Shown: positions 13,330-28,700, counted from the first letter of the stretch. The stretch: 64,000 nucleotides of DNA from Eledone cirrhosa (GCA_964016885.1 OZ024751.1:27962001-28026000), one strand, 5' to 3'. Notes: generated from the sequence alone by a model not told the origin. Translations and numbers: made by a program.

Positions 13330-14668
13330 CTCCACCACCACCACCACCACCACCACCACCAATATCACCATCCCCACCACAACCTCAATATCTGACACCA
13401 TCCGCCGCCATCATGACCATCGCAAAATCTGTCACTATCATCATCACCATCACCTTCACAGCCATCATGACCACCACCACATCTGTCTCTATCATCATCA
13501 CCATCATCATCACCATCACGATCACCACTATCATTACCATCCCTATCATCCAACACAATCACCATCGCCATCATCGCTATGATGGCCACCACAACATCAA
13601 ACAACGTCACCGTTACCATCAACCTCACCGCCACCATCACCACCACGATCCTCCTTTACCATCACAATCACTGTCACCATCATCACCACCATCATCATCA
13701 TCATCATCATCGTCAGCGTCAGCATCAGTACCAAGTGCATCACAACACCCAACACCGTCATTACGACCACCACAACATCCACCACCACAAACACCACTAC
13801 CCCAGTATTACCACCATCACCTCCACCATCACACTCACCATCACATGTCACCATCACATGTCACCATCATCATCACCATCATTACCATCAGCATTAGCAT
13901 CAGCACTGCGACCACCACAACACCCAACATCATCATCACCACTACCACCAACACAATCAAGACGACGACCACCAGGAACACCACTACCCACAGCATTACC
14001 ACCAACACCATCACGACGACGACCACCACCACCACCACAACATCCACCACCACCACCACAACCACCACAACAACATCCACCACCACCAGCACCACAACAT
14101 CCACCACCACCACCACAACCACCACAACAACATCCACCACCACCAGCACCACAACATCCACCACCACCACCACAACCACCACAACAACATCCACCACCAC
14201 CAGCACCACAACATCCACCACCACCACCACAACCACCACAACAACATCCACCACCACCAGCACCACAACATCCACCACCACCACCACAACCACCACAACA
14301 ACATCCACCACCACCAGCACCACAACATCCACCACCACCACAACATCCACCACCACAACCACCACCACCACAACATCCACCAGCACCAGCACCACCACCA
14401 GCACCACGATCATCACCACCACCAACACGACGACGACGACGACGACGACGACCACCACCACCACCACCACCACCACCACAACATCCACCAGCACCACCAG
14501 CACCACCAGCACCACCACCACCACAACATCCACCAGCACCACCACCACCACCACCAGCACGACGACCACCACCACCACCACGACATCCACCAGCACCAGC
14601 ACCACCACCAGCACCACGACAATCACCACCACCAATACCACCATCACAGCCATCATGAACCATCACTA
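13330..14668. repeat. (CAC/CAT)-derived low-complexity array with 57-bp higher-order repeat (~14030-14340)
   Basis: The unit CCACCACCACCACCACAACCACCACAACAACATCCACCACCACCAGCACCACAACAT repeats ~5 times. Confidence 0.9.
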
Positions 14669-14982
14669 GAGCGGACTATTTCATGTGAAATCTTAGGGAC
14701 ATATGCTTGGTTGTATTTAAGTTGTTGGTTGTTCAAGTAAATATTTCCTCTCTGCCAAATTACATACTTCACTGAGATAAAGCTCAGCTTTATATTTCTG
14801 CAAGAAGTTCGGTCAAAGAGATTCCCTTTGATCTGCCATGAACAACTGAAAACTAACGAGCTATTTTTAATGGCGGGACATCCTCTTATATAAAGATATA
14901 TATACACATAGGAACACACACACACACATATATATACACATGCACACTTACATACTTACATACTTACATACATAGATAGACA

Positions 14983-15087
<105 letters not shown>

Positions 15088-15139
15088 GTATATGTGTATA
15101 CATATATATGTATATTTATATATATGTATGTATATATAT

Positions 15140-15194
<55 letters not shown>

Positions 15195-15525
15195 CATACA
15201 TATATATATATATGCATACATATATATATATATACTTACATATATATATATATATATGTATATACACATATATATATATATTCATATACATACATACATA
15301 CATATATATATAAATGCATACATACATGCATAAATACATACATATACGCATTTATTTACATACACGAAGTACGTACGTTCCTACATATATACATACATAA
15401 ATACACACAGACACATACAGATACACACACACATACAGAGAGATAAGCACATACAGACACACACGTACATACACACATACGTATATGACGAATTATCCAA
15501 TTGCTTGTTGAATTGAATATCTATA

Positions 15526-16240
<715 letters not shown>

Positions 16241-16276
16241 TTCGAGCAAACATCACGAGCGCTCTATCTCAAAATT

Positions 16277-16315
16277 GTTTTTGAAAAGCATTAGAAATTC
16301 GCAACCGGTAAAAAC
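16277..16315 (+). ncRNA. Decayed U3-A8 hammerhead (paralog of 6416)
   Basis: GTTT-TTGAAAA-GCAT-tagaa-ATTC-GCAAC-CG-GTA-AAAAC. The flanks align with 6377-6525; GAAA is mutated. Confidence 0.5.
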
Positions 16316-16474
16316 TTAAAACTAAAACTGAATACTAACCAATACTTATTACTAATTTTTACTTATTCCTAATTAAACTATTTTTTACTGGGAAAAATTT
16401 GTCAGCATTTTCTTTTCCTTTTACTAATATATATACATATATATATATATATATACCTCCCCCCTCTCTCTCTC

Positions 16475-16515
<41 letters not shown>

Positions 16516-17800
16516 CTATGCCTCCAATTGTGTTCTAAATTAAGTTCGACTATCTATATCGTATCATTTATATTATAACGCCTTAAGCCTAGATTTATTG
16601 AGCACTTTGAGCTAGATTCCTGCTTTTAAGATACATTTTTGATGTATTTTGAAAATGAATATATTCATGTGCATGTCATTGAATATATTCATATAATCAT
16701 GAATACACGCATAAGTATATATATACACATACAGACATTTAATGCATACATACATGCATACACACAAGCATACATACCTACATACATATATACATACCTA
16801 CATACATACCTACATACATATATACATACACACACACACATACATACATATGGACAGTCATCCCCAAAATCCACTGCTCAAAGCACCAGAACTGAACTAT
16901 TTCTCTCGTTCACTACAGTCGCATCTTGAGAGAGAGAGAGAGAGAGGGAGAGGGGGGGGGGAGAAAAAGAGAAGGGATAGAAACGGGAGAGAGAGGTGGG
17001 AGAGAGAGAAGTGAGAGAGAGAGAGGGAGAGTGAGTGAGAGAGAGGGAAGGGAGAGAGAGAGAGAGAGAAGGGAGAGAGAAAAGTGAGATAGAGGGAGAG
17101 AGTAAAAGAGAGAAGGGAGAGAGAAAGACGGGAGAGAGAGAAGTGGGAGAGAGAGAGAGAGAGAGAAGTGGGAGAGAGAGAGAGAGAGAGCAAGATGGAG
17201 GGAGAGAGAGATAGAATGAGATTAAGTGAGAGAAGTGAAATAGATAGAGGGAGAGAGAGAGAGAGAAGGGAAAGAGAGATGGGAGAGAGAGAGATATGGG
17301 AGAGAGAGAGATATGGGAGAGAGAGAGAGAGAGAGAGAGATATGGGAGAGAGAGAAGTGAGAGAGAGAGGGAAAGAGAAACGGAGAGATAGAGATAGAGA
17401 TAAATAGACTGAGAGATAGATGGATGGAGAGAGATATATATATAGAGAGAGATAGAGAGAGAGAGAGCCCTGTACTCATCCCACATCTTCTGCCAGAGAA
17501 CAGGTGTTTAAACAATGCTCTGTTCACAGCCAACGACTGGGGACAGTGGCATAAAGGGTCAGTGTGGGTAGGGGGAGGGGGTGAACGTAGGTTGGCTGAA
17601 GTGTCTATTGATTAGCTTCAGTTGGTCAACCAACTTATCTGGTCTGTTTGCTAAGAGGGTTTGTTTCTTTCGCAATACCAAGATGTACGCACGTAGACAT
17701 GTGTGTGTGTGTATATATATATATAAATATACATATATATATATATATATACAGATATATATATATATATATCTGTATATATATATACATATATATATAC

Positions 17801-17838
<38 letters not shown>

Positions 17839-17885
17839 GTACATATATATGTATATATGTGATCGTATATATGTGTATGTATATA

Positions 17886-17950
<65 letters not shown>

Positions 17951-18387
17951 TTACACATATATATATATGTATGTATATATATATATATATATATAAATAT
18001 TTATATATATAAATATTTATATATATGTATATATGTATGTATATATTTCATATGCATGTGTAACGGGGAGAGAGAGAAAGGAAAGATAGTTAAATAGACA
18101 GACACACAAATATAGATAGGCATTGTTCCTATGTATGTATGTATGTATGTATGTATGTATGTAGGTATGTATGTATGTATGTATGTATGTATGTAGGTAT
18201 GTATGTATGTATGTATGTATGTATGTATGTATGTATGTATGTATGTGTGTGTGAGTGTGTTTGTGCGTGTGTGTGTGTGTGTGTCTAAAGAAACCTGACC
18301 GACATTTATTGAGAAGCAGATATACGCATGCGAAGATATACAGATTACCAATGCGCATATACAAAAAAGAAAGAAACATACATACAT

Positions 18388-18906
18388 AATGGCTGCAAAT
18401 TCTGCTAAGAGTACTGTAATCGCCTGTCAGATTACAGAAACTCGTGCACTTTTAGGCTACGGCCAGCCACACGAACCTGTGACAGTTCGTAAAGAAGCAA
18501 TGCCTGTGCTTTGAAGGCTTTTTAAGTGGGGAAAGGCCTTACACTCGACCAATCCCACTCTCTGAGCATCACAAACACTACCCGAAAATGAGAACTGGTC
18601 AACAACATCGGATGCTTCCGAAGCCGCAGGTTTTTCCTCAGAGTTTCCCTCTCTTAGAAAGGTGTTGAGACAACAACTGGGGGCCTTTCACTCCCAGGTA
18701 AAAAAAAAGTACCATTTGGATGGCCGTTCACTCTGCCGAGTTCCTCCGCGCTTTCCCGGGTCTAGTATTTCATCCTGCAGGGTGTCCAAATATCACCCTC
18801 CTCACCAAGCAAGCTTGGTGGCGTTGCCAGTTTAGTCGCCGACGACCCGACCATAAGACAGGTAATACTGGGTTACATGTTACCAGTAGCTCTCGAGAGC
18901 GACCTG
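18388..18906 (-). mobile_element. RTE-type 5'UTR-like dispersed repeat (homologs 43186-43760, partial 20500-20640)
   Basis: Shared GGTCGGGTCG..GGCGACTAAACTGGCAAC..CCACCAAG..CTTGGTGAGGAGGGTG and TAGGAGAAGG.AAACTC-like motifs; no ORF. The RTE assignment is from my recollection of such leaders. Confidence 0.5.
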
Positions 18907-19191
18907 ACATACATACATACTTGCAGTCATGCATAGATACATACATATATACATAAATACATTCATACATTCATACATACATGAGGGTTGTCATTTAGCT
19001 ACTGTGTATGGCAATCTTGTGTTCTTTTCCTCTTGTATGTCTCGAAAAATGCCTGTAATATATGTACGTAACTTCCTACGAAATATATCTCATAATTCGC
19101 TGTCATCTGAAAATCTGCCCCACAAACAAAATATAATTTTGTTGTTTCCTTATAACAGATCCCCAACAGCCTATTTTTGTGATTATATGTA

Positions 19192-20443
19192 TGTTCTGGT
19201 TTTATAATTTCACAAATTTTTTCCCAATAGAGAGAGAGTCGGTTTCTATCATAGACACAAGACTCTCTCATTGGAATTTACACAACATCAACTAGGTAGA
19301 TTATGTATGCATGCATGCATGTGTAGATATGGATGTTATTGTATGTGTGGATGTGGATGTTTTGAGTTGTATGTGTGCATGTGTATATGCTTTGTATCTG
19401 TACATGTGTATATGCAGTTATTAGATGCAAAATATTTGGAATGTTTTACATATTTTTACTGTTCCATTAATGGATTGTACTTGTAATTTCCTATCTAGTT
19501 GTGTTCTTTCTGTTCCTGTGAAGCCTAGCTTCTCAAGATTTATATTGAGGCAGTTACTAATATACCCCAGCGCCTCAATAATCACAGGCATAAATCTGAA
19601 GGTGTAATCAGGGTGGAGTATCTGCAGATTTCTCATCAGTTCTGCATAAGTATTTTCCTTTTCGCTAATCTTTGATATTATATTGGCATCTATATTACTC
19701 TCACTCTGGAGCTTCCTGGCAACATATCCATGCATGATTTTTTGCTGATAAGCATGCAGTTTTTCATCTATGGATTCACTGCGATACTGCTGAGCGACTT
19801 CTCTGGGTGGGAGTTTTGATTATCACACAGGAAATATCTCTCGAGGAGTTCCTTCCCAACTCTCATGATCTTATCTGTTTCATGCAGATAGACTTGCTCG
19901 AGAGACGGGCTCCTACGCTTCGAGGTTCGTAGATGTTGTCGGAGGGATATGATGCGACATTCAAATGCTGTCTGGACTGATGTTAGGCCTCTGTCTCCCT
20001 GCTTACGTTTCAAGTAAAGGCGGTCTATGTCACTGTTGATGTGGAAGTTTCCGGTGTTGTTTAGTATTTTTCGAGTTCCAACATCAACTGCTCGGATTTC
20101 GTATATCGTCCAATTGAGTATTCCAAACGTTGGTGTTAGGACAGGCACAGCAAACACATTGTGATCCACTGTTTTGTTTTGCGAAGAGAGTTTCGATGAC
20201 CAAATCTTTCTTAATCGGGTGTAGTATTCCTTGGTTACGCGTTCCTTATTACAGATACCATTATAGGATATGTTCTCATCTATCCCCAGGTAGCCGACAA
20301 TCATGTCTCTTCCTGGTGTTTTCTCATCTTGGAGTTTTCCTATCACAGTCTCAAGGGTTCCCTCACTTATTTCGTATGTTTTTGTTGTAGTGTAGGAGCA
20401 ATAGTTCTTTCGGATTTCTCTTAGCCACACTGCATCTTGGTTG
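19192..20443 (-). mobile_element. Internally deleted R4/Dong-like non-LTR retrotransposon
   Basis: ORFs 19768-20430 and 19421-19735 (SDIDRLYLKRKQG.RGL; EKENTYAEL...PVIIEALG) match 50449-52684; the RT core is deleted at ~20290. Confidence 0.8.
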
Positions 20444-20943
20444 ATGCTTTAACACGCCACACAAAATATGTTTATTTCAACTGCATTATAACTCTTTTCT
20501 CATTCGAAAAGAAGAAAAGATCAACATCATCGGTAACTACTGAGCCGCAGGTTTTATATCGGAGTTATCCCAGTTTCCTGAGTTGCCTTCTCCTAGAAGA
20601 ATGCCCTGACAAAGGTTAGGGATCCTTCATTCCCAGTGGTTTAACCGCGCGATCGGGTGTCAAGCCCGACTTTTTCTATGTCCCCGCGGGTATACATATA
20701 CATACATATGTACATGTGTATATAGATATTTACACACTTTTGGATGGCCGTTGACTCTTATGAGTTCTTCCGCCCTTATATATTCATACATATATACATA
20801 CACACATATACATACATATATATATACACACATATACATTCATACATATACACATATATACATACATACAGACATACATACATATATACATAGATATATA
20901 CATACATTCATACATACATACACACATATACACACATACACAC

Positions 20944-20976
<33 letters not shown>

Positions 20977-21194
20977 CATACACACACACATACATACGTA
21001 CATTCATACATACATACACACATATACACATATACATACATACATATATACATACACATATACATATATACATACATAAATCCTTACATAAATACATGCA
21101 TACATTCATACATATATACATACACACATATACACACATATACATTCATACATACATACCTAGATATGCACATACATAATTACACATACACACA

Positions 21195-21244
<50 letters not shown>

Positions 21245-21280
21245 CACATATATACATACATACATACATACATACATACA

Positions 21281-21312
<32 letters not shown>

Positions 21313-21418
21313 CTGAAACAGATAGAACGACCCTCAAACCGATACACACATATACACACATATACATTCATACATACATACCTACATATGCACATACATA
21401 ATTACACATACACACACA

Positions 21419-21460
<42 letters not shown>

Positions 21461-21794
21461 CATACATACATACATACATACATATACTGAAACAGATAGA
21501 ACGACCGTCAAACCGACAGATAAGATGGATTGTATGTTTTCGTCCTTCGTTTAAAGCCATCGGACCCTGAACTTATTATCACAGTCTGAATGTTTGTTCA
21601 AAAACCGTGAAATCATATCAAGTAATTCTATGTAATTCTATGTTTGAGGAAAGAGGGGCTCTCCGTCTATGTGTGCGCATGTCCGTGTAAAAGTGGTAGA
21701 TGTGTCAACATTGCACTGAGTTGCCCATATTCATAAGTACACATCATAGTCAGTGCATTCATATACGCACAATTATATACACACGTATGTATGC

Positions 21795-21848
<54 letters not shown>

Positions 21849-21953
21849 ATAAATTTGAAGACTAAAATCCAAATATCAAATATATAAGAACCGTAGAGCA
21901 AATATTTATTAAAATAACCCGATTCTTTGCTTAAACTTTAATCTGTTATGTTA

Positions 21954-21996
<43 letters not shown>

Positions 21997-22001
<5 letters not shown>

Positions 22002-22345
22002 GATAACAAAATATCGTTATAGGTAATCCAGTTAGAGGTTGTAAATACTTCTTATTATGGATAGTTTTAGCGTACGGCGTTGTTTATCTCAACAAGAGGT
22101 TTACGTAGATGACGAGTTTATGATTTCACTTGTATTCCTATGTAAGTTTATCTTGGAGTAATACAATTGAAAAAGTACAAAAAAGGAGATTTAACAATTG
22201 TTTCTCTGATTAAGTTGTCAAAAAATTGCTGAACACTAGAAGCAGTGTCACTCAATTTCAAATACGATGCTAGCTCAATCAGATCATCAGAAACTGTTAC
22301 AAAAAATATATATAACCGGCAAATTTACAAATTCAAATTACATCA
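21997..22345 (-). mobile_element. Hammerhead-bearing non-coding element (family shared with 39400-39898)
   Basis: 21997-22170 aligns with 39400-39605 (AAGGGATA..GGTAATCCA..GGATAGT..CTCAACAAGA..CTTGGAGTAAT). Confidence 0.65.
22189..22294 (-). ncRNA. Type I hammerhead ribozyme with 79-nt stem II
   Basis: Minus: GTTT-CTGATGA-TCTGATTGAG...CTTAATCAGA-GAAAC-AATT-GTT^AAAT. 10-bp stem II base, internal TGACACT/AGTGTTCA hairpin. Confidence 0.8.
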
Positions 22346-22669
22346 TCAATAATAATATGAATAATAAAGATTGAGAGAGAAAAAAAAGAAAGAAAGGGAG
22401 ATAGATAAATGAAAGAAAGAAAGAAAAAGAAAAAGAAAACGAAAAAGGAAAAGAGAAGGAAAAAGAAAGAGAGAAAGAAAAAGAAAAATTAAAAGAAAAA
22501 GAAAAGGAAAAAGAAAAAGAAAAAGAAAAAGAAAAAGAAAAAGAAAAAGAAGAAATGAATACAGAGAAAAATATAGAGAGAAGAAAATATGGATAAATGA
22601 TGATAGAAAGGAGAGACAGGCATAAGGAGAAATCCCTGTTGAAGATTGATCCATTATTATTGTTAAAGG

Positions 22670-22737
22670 TTTTTATGTAAAACCCCCGCCGTCACATCTT
22701 GTAATGTCCCATTTTTGTACGCCCTTGTGGCAAATAA

Positions 22738-22738
<1 letters not shown>
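22670..22738 (+). mobile_element. Isolated 3' end of the gag/ORF1 element
   Basis: TATGTAAAA.CCCC..GCCCTTGTGGCAAATAA matches 5841-5907. Confidence 0.65.
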
Positions 22739-22820
<82 letters not shown>

Positions 22821-22898
22821 AACATATATATACATACATATACATATGCATTACATAAATATATTTAATATACGTATATATGTACATACATTTATGCA

Positions 22899-23127
<229 letters not shown>

Positions 23128-23149
23128 GTATATATATATATATCCGAAC

Positions 23150-23185
23150 TTTCCTGATGAAGGACTTCTGTCCGAAATGTTGAAA
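23150..23185 (+). ncRNA. Minimal type I hammerhead (family of 2235)
   Basis: TTTC-CTGATGA-A-GGAC-ttct-GTCC-GAAAT-GTT^GAAA. Stem I covaries with the 2235 copy. Confidence 0.75.
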
Positions 23186-23244
23186 CCTCCTCCGCTTCCA
23201 CCAAGTGTGAACTGTGTACAACTGCCTCCTCGTTTACTTTCAAC

Positions 23245-23276
<32 letters not shown>

Positions 23277-23344
23277 CATATATATATAATAACATTTTAT
23301 AGTTTACTTGAAGCATTGTATATAATATATATCTCTTTCAGCGT

Positions 23345-23418
23345 TATATATTAGTGTAGAGTGTATATATCTAAATATATATATATATTTAGATATATAC
23401 ACTCTACACTAATATATA
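23345..23418. repeat. Perfect palindrome centred on TA run
   Basis: TATATATTAGTGTAGAGTGTATATATCTAAA...TTTAGATATATACACTCTACACTAATATATA. Confidence 0.85.
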
Positions 23419-23435
23419 TACACTATACTATAAAA

Positions 23436-23630
23436 TAATTGTTTCTACTTTTTGGCACAAGGCCAGCAATTACCCAGTGTATTACTGCTACTTTATTTTA
23501 TCGACCCCGTAAGGATGAAAGGCAAAGTTAGCCTCGGCGGGATTCAGACTCAGAATGGCAAGGGCCGTAACTCTATGCGTCAAAGCATAGCGTCCGACCC
23601 TCTATCGATACTGCCAATCCACCGCCATAT
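23436..23630 (-). mobile_element. tRNA-derived SINE
   Basis: Reverse complement of the GGCGGTGGATTGGCAGTATCG..GAGT(T)C.AATCCCGCCGAGG..GGGGTCGATAAAATAAAGTA consensus. Confidence 0.8.
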
Positions 23631-23699
23631 CTACTATACTATAAAATAATGTTAGTATGGACGTTGATTTGTCTGTTAAATATCAAGAATTAATCATCA

Positions 23700-23945
23700 G
23701 AAGAGAATTGAAACCTGATTCAGTGGAAAGAGTGCATAGTTGGTGTGGTTGAGCGTCGGTTATCTAGGTTCAATCTTCTCAAGTTACATATAGCTCCATC
23801 ATTGTATCTGAGCCAAGGTCTTCTTTTTAATTTCACGGATCACTGGACATCTATCAGTGGACTATTTGTCTTGGCAACCGTGTAGTTCTCCATTCTTTGT
23901 GGACATGTCCAGGCTGGTAGAGGGGTCATTGTACCAATATTTATT
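23700..23945 (-). mobile_element. Decayed RTE-like LINE 3' fragment
   Basis: The minus strand gives broken LGHV..RLPRQI..RRPWLRYND motifs. Confidence 0.4.
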
Positions 23946-23977
23946 CCATCCTTCTCCCCCCTCCACCCATCTCTCTC

Positions 23978-24038
<61 letters not shown>

Positions 24039-24040
24039 CG

Positions 24041-24163
<123 letters not shown>

Positions 24164-24300
24164 AATAAATAAATATATATATAGAGAGAGAGAATTAGTA
24201 TATCTTCCAACATATGTATACAGATGTATACCCATGCTAGCAAATATATATGTTATGTATTAGTACCTTTGTGGTTCTATGCAGGGGGATGCAGAACAAT

Positions 24301-24518
<218 letters not shown>

Positions 24519-24637
24519 AATATTTTGATAACGTCGGCGAGACCTCAAAGCAAGAGTTCACTATTAATAATATATTTTTTAAGGTATGAATATATATTTA
24601 ATATGTATTGTGATCGTGTTTCTCATATATATATACA

Positions 24638-24976
<339 letters not shown>

Positions 24977-25087
24977 GTATGCTAGGGAAAGGATCAGGGG
25001 TGTGAGTCCCACTTATAGTGTGGATGAAACAATGTTAGCAAGTAAAGATATGCATATGCTATAAGCGTTCTTTGTTATTTATTTATT

Positions 25088-25122
<35 letters not shown>

Positions 25123-25135
25123 TATATATGTATAT

Positions 25136-25296
<161 letters not shown>

Positions 25297-25378
25297 CATA
25301 TAATTGGTGTTGGATGGTTAAAGCGTTCGTATGCGGTAGGCCGTATGAGCACTCGATGCTCTCATAGAGCAGAGTATG

Positions 25379-25685
25379 ATATCACAGAAAAAAAGAGAAT
25401 CAGTATTGCGACGAATGGAATTTATTGGACATATTACAATCGTTTCTCTGGCGACCAGCTCGAGGCACGATCGATGCGATGATCGAACCTGACTATGAAA
25501 ATCGCAAGGTCCTCAGATACGTCTTGATTCTACGAAGCAGATTTCGTAATTAGGAAAATCTGCTTCGTAGAATCAAGACGGTCATCGCATCGATCGTCCC
25601 TCGAGCAGGTCGTCAGAGAAACGACTGTAATATGTCCAATAAATTCCATTCGTCGCAACACTGATTCTCTTTTTTTCTCTGATAT
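25379..25685. repeat. ~300 bp fold-back of a hammerhead-bearing element
   Basis: 25379-25482 pairs with 25582-25685 and 25520-25544 pairs with 25556-25580; 25483-25519 has no counterpart. Confidence 0.9.
25428..25523 (-). ncRNA. Type I hammerhead ribozyme with 63-nt stem II
   Basis: Minus: GACGTAT-CTGAGGA-CCTTGCGATT...GGTCGCCAGA-GAAAC-GATT-GTA^ATATGTC. 7-bp stem I; two mismatches in stem II. Confidence 0.7.
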
Positions 25686-25907
25686 ATATATAAACATATA
25701 TATATATATATAGAGAGAGAGAGAGTTGAGAGGGAGAGAGAGAGAGAGAAAGGGTATAGTGAACGAGATAAAGGGAGCTAATTAAACTGTACTTTATGTA
25801 ATGTATAGACATGTCGTTGATGTGGTATGGCGGTTGTTGCTGCCATGGTTACCACCTGTTCCGTTCCAGCAAATGTTTGTATTGATGTGCTATCGCTGAT
25901 GATAAAT

Positions 25908-26004
<97 letters not shown>

Positions 26005-26242
26005 GATACATATATATATATATATATATACATATATACATATATATACATATATATATATACATATATATATGTAATAAGAATATTTATATTTATATAT
26101 GTTTGATATAACTATAAATATGTAGGGTAGTACTAAGTACTAGCTGGTTACCGGCATGACAAAAGGCTCAATGCAAATTTTCAAGTGTTTTACAGAGCCG
26201 AGATACAAAGTGTTAAAACGATCAAATTTTAGTTTAGAACAT

Positions 26243-26297
26243 TTATTTGATGACAATTGTTTCTTCCAGAGGCAAGTCTGGAATCATCGGAGCATAA
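26243..26297 (-). ncRNA. Decayed hammerhead (U4->C)
   Basis: Minus: TGCT-CCGATGA-TTCCAGA-cttgcc-TCTGGAA-GAAAC-AATT-GTC-ATCA. Confidence 0.6.
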
Positions 26298-26369
26298 GGA
26301 ATGTCGAAACATGTAACTAAAATCCTAGTTATTTAGAACATTTAGGGTACATAATTGTTATTAGTGTCA

Positions 26370-27045
26370 AAGACTCTATGTCAACGCAGGCAAAACAGAA
26401 TATATTTGCCAGAAGCAAGACTCCTCAGTTGGTATGCGAAGTCTAAACGGCGATATAATTAAGCAAGTTGACGACTTCAAATACTTGGGTAGCTATATCG
26501 CCTCCACAGAACATGATGTTAACATCAGACTGGGAAAAGCCTGGAGAGCATTGAATGCAATGGAAAAAATATGGAAATCAAACCTGCTGGCCAAACTGAA
26601 AAGGAATTTCTTCAGAGCTGCTGTGGAATCTGTGCTTGTTTATGGCTCTATCACTTGGACGCTAACGTCAAAACTGGAGAAAAAGCTAGACGGGGCATAC
26701 ACACGTATGCTCCGTGCTGCTTTAAACGTATCTTGGAGGAAAAACCCAATAAATAAGGATCTCTATGGCAATATACCACCTATCAGCAAGTCAATACGTA
26801 AACAGAGACTCAGATTTGCTGGCCACTGTTGGCGCAGCAAGGAAGACATAGCAGGCGATGTGCTGTTATGGAGTCCATCTCATGGAGCAAGAAACGCTGG
26901 TCGTCCCAAGAAGACATACGTCAAGCAGCTTGAGGACGATACTGGATGCACTGCGGAAGAACTGGCAAACGCTATGAGAGACTGAGATGGATGGAGGAAA
27001 CGTGTCGTAGAAGGCCGAGCAAGCTCGACCTGATGATTATGATGT
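26370..27045 (+). mobile_element. RTE/RTEX LINE 3' fragment
   Basis: ORF 26434-26985: [36 protein letters not shown]; (TGA)-type tail. Confidence 0.85.
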
Positions 27046-27338
27046 TTGTATGTTTGTATGTGTATGTAGGTGTGTATGATTGTATGTGTGCATGTATGTA
27101 TGTATATTTATATATATATATGTATGTGCCTTTATGCACGTGTGTATGTATGTATGTATGTATGTATGTATGTATGTATGTATGTATGTATGTATGTATG
27201 TATGTATGTATGTATGTATGTATGTATGTATGTATGTATGTGTGTATGTATGTGTGTGTGTGTATGTATGTGTGTGTGTTTTACGGTGTGGTTCACTCGC
27301 ATACTCTTTGTATTCAGATGTTGCTTAAGTTGAGGTCA

Positions 27339-27966
27339 AAGGGCCACATGGGCCATATGTGTTGTCTAAGGGCCACATGGGCCACATATGTGTTGTCTGA
27401 GGGCCACATGGACCACATATGTGTTGTCTGAGGGCCACATGGACCACATATGTGTGGTCTGAGGGCCACATGGGCCACATATGTGTTGTCTAAGGGCCAC
27501 ATGGGTCACATATGTGTTGTTTAAGGGCCACATGGACCACATATGTGTTGTCTAAGGGCCACATGGGTCACATATGTGTTGTCTAAGGGCCACATGGACC
27601 ACATATGTGTTGTCTAAGGGCCACATGGACCACATATGTGTTGTCTAAGGGCCACATGGGCCACATATGTGTTGTCTGAGGGCCACATGGGCCACATATG
27701 TGTTGTCTAAGGGCCACATGGGCCACATATGTGTTGTCTGAGGGCCACATGGGCCACATATGTGTTGTCTAAGGGCCACATGGGCCACATATGTGTTGTC
27801 TAAGGGCCACATGGGTCACATATGTGTTGTCTAAGGGCCACATGGGCCACATATGTGTTGTCTAAGGGCCACATGGGTCACATATGTGTTGTCTAAGGGC
27901 CACATGGGCCACATATGTGTTGTCTAAGGGCCACATGGGCCACATATGTGTTGTCTAAGGGCCACA
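27339..27966. repeat. 31-bp minisatellite (~20 copies)
   Basis: Unit AAGGGCCACATGGGCCACATATGTGTTGTCT. Confidence 0.95.
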
Positions 27967-28074
27967 GACGACAACTAATAGAGCACATTACAACTATTTT
28001 TTTTCATTTTATATTACAAAGATAAAACATGTTCGCACTATAAAAATCTGTGTGTGGGTCTCAGGTGTGCTTGT

Positions 28075-28185
28075 AAAGGGCCGCATGTTTGACATACCTG
28101 CCATAGAGACCAAAGGGCCGCATGTTTGACATACCTGCCATAGAGACCAAAGGGCCGCATGTTTGACATACCTGCCATAGAGACC
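28075..28185. repeat. 37-bp x3 tandem of a hAT-like terminus
   Basis: Unit AAAGGGCCGCATGTTTGACATACCTG-CCATAGAG-ACC. Confidence 0.85.
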
Positions 28186-28322
28186 AAAGGCCTGCTGCGC
28201 CCCAGGTTCGATTCATACATGTACTTGAATAAAATATATCAAACAATCGAAGCTTTCATCCCGCCACAGACACACATTCCAATGTAATCAAATCTATAAC
28301 CCTTTGATGGATACTTCTAATT

Positions 28323-28700
28323 GCCAGCTAACCAACCAACCAGCTAACCAGCCAACCAACTAACCAGCCAACCAACCAACTAACCAGCCAACCAACCAAC
28401 CAACCAACCAACCAACCAACCAACCAACCAACCAACCAACCAACCAACCAACCAACCAACCAACCAACCAACCAACCAACCAACCAACCAACCTACCAGC
28501 CAACCAACTAACCAGCCAACCAACCAACTAACCAACTAACCAGCCAACCAACCAACTAACCAGCCAACCAACCAACTAACCAGCCAACCAACCAACTACC
28601 CAACCAACCAACCAACTAACCAACCAACCAACCTACCAGTCAACCAACTATCCAGCCAGCCAACCAGCCAGCCAACCAGCAAACCAACCAGCAAACCAAC
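28323..28700. repeat. (CCAA)n / (CCAG/CTAA) tetranucleotide array
   Basis: Direct inspection. Confidence 0.95.

Noticed and set aside
20642-20692. Twister-like TAAC..TCGGGTGTCAAGCCCGA
   Set aside because: The P4 register is off by one, there is no matching pseudoknot strand, and it lies on the opposite strand to the adjacent element.
24980-25040. Hammerhead TGA-GTCCCAC..GTGTGGAT-GAAAC-AAT-GTT-AGCA
   Set aside because: The 3' half is convincing but CUGA is missing or interrupted; counted only as a decayed remnant.
27339-27966. CRISPR-like array
   Set aside because: The units are contiguous with no unique spacers, and the context is eukaryotic. The same applies to 47980-48610.
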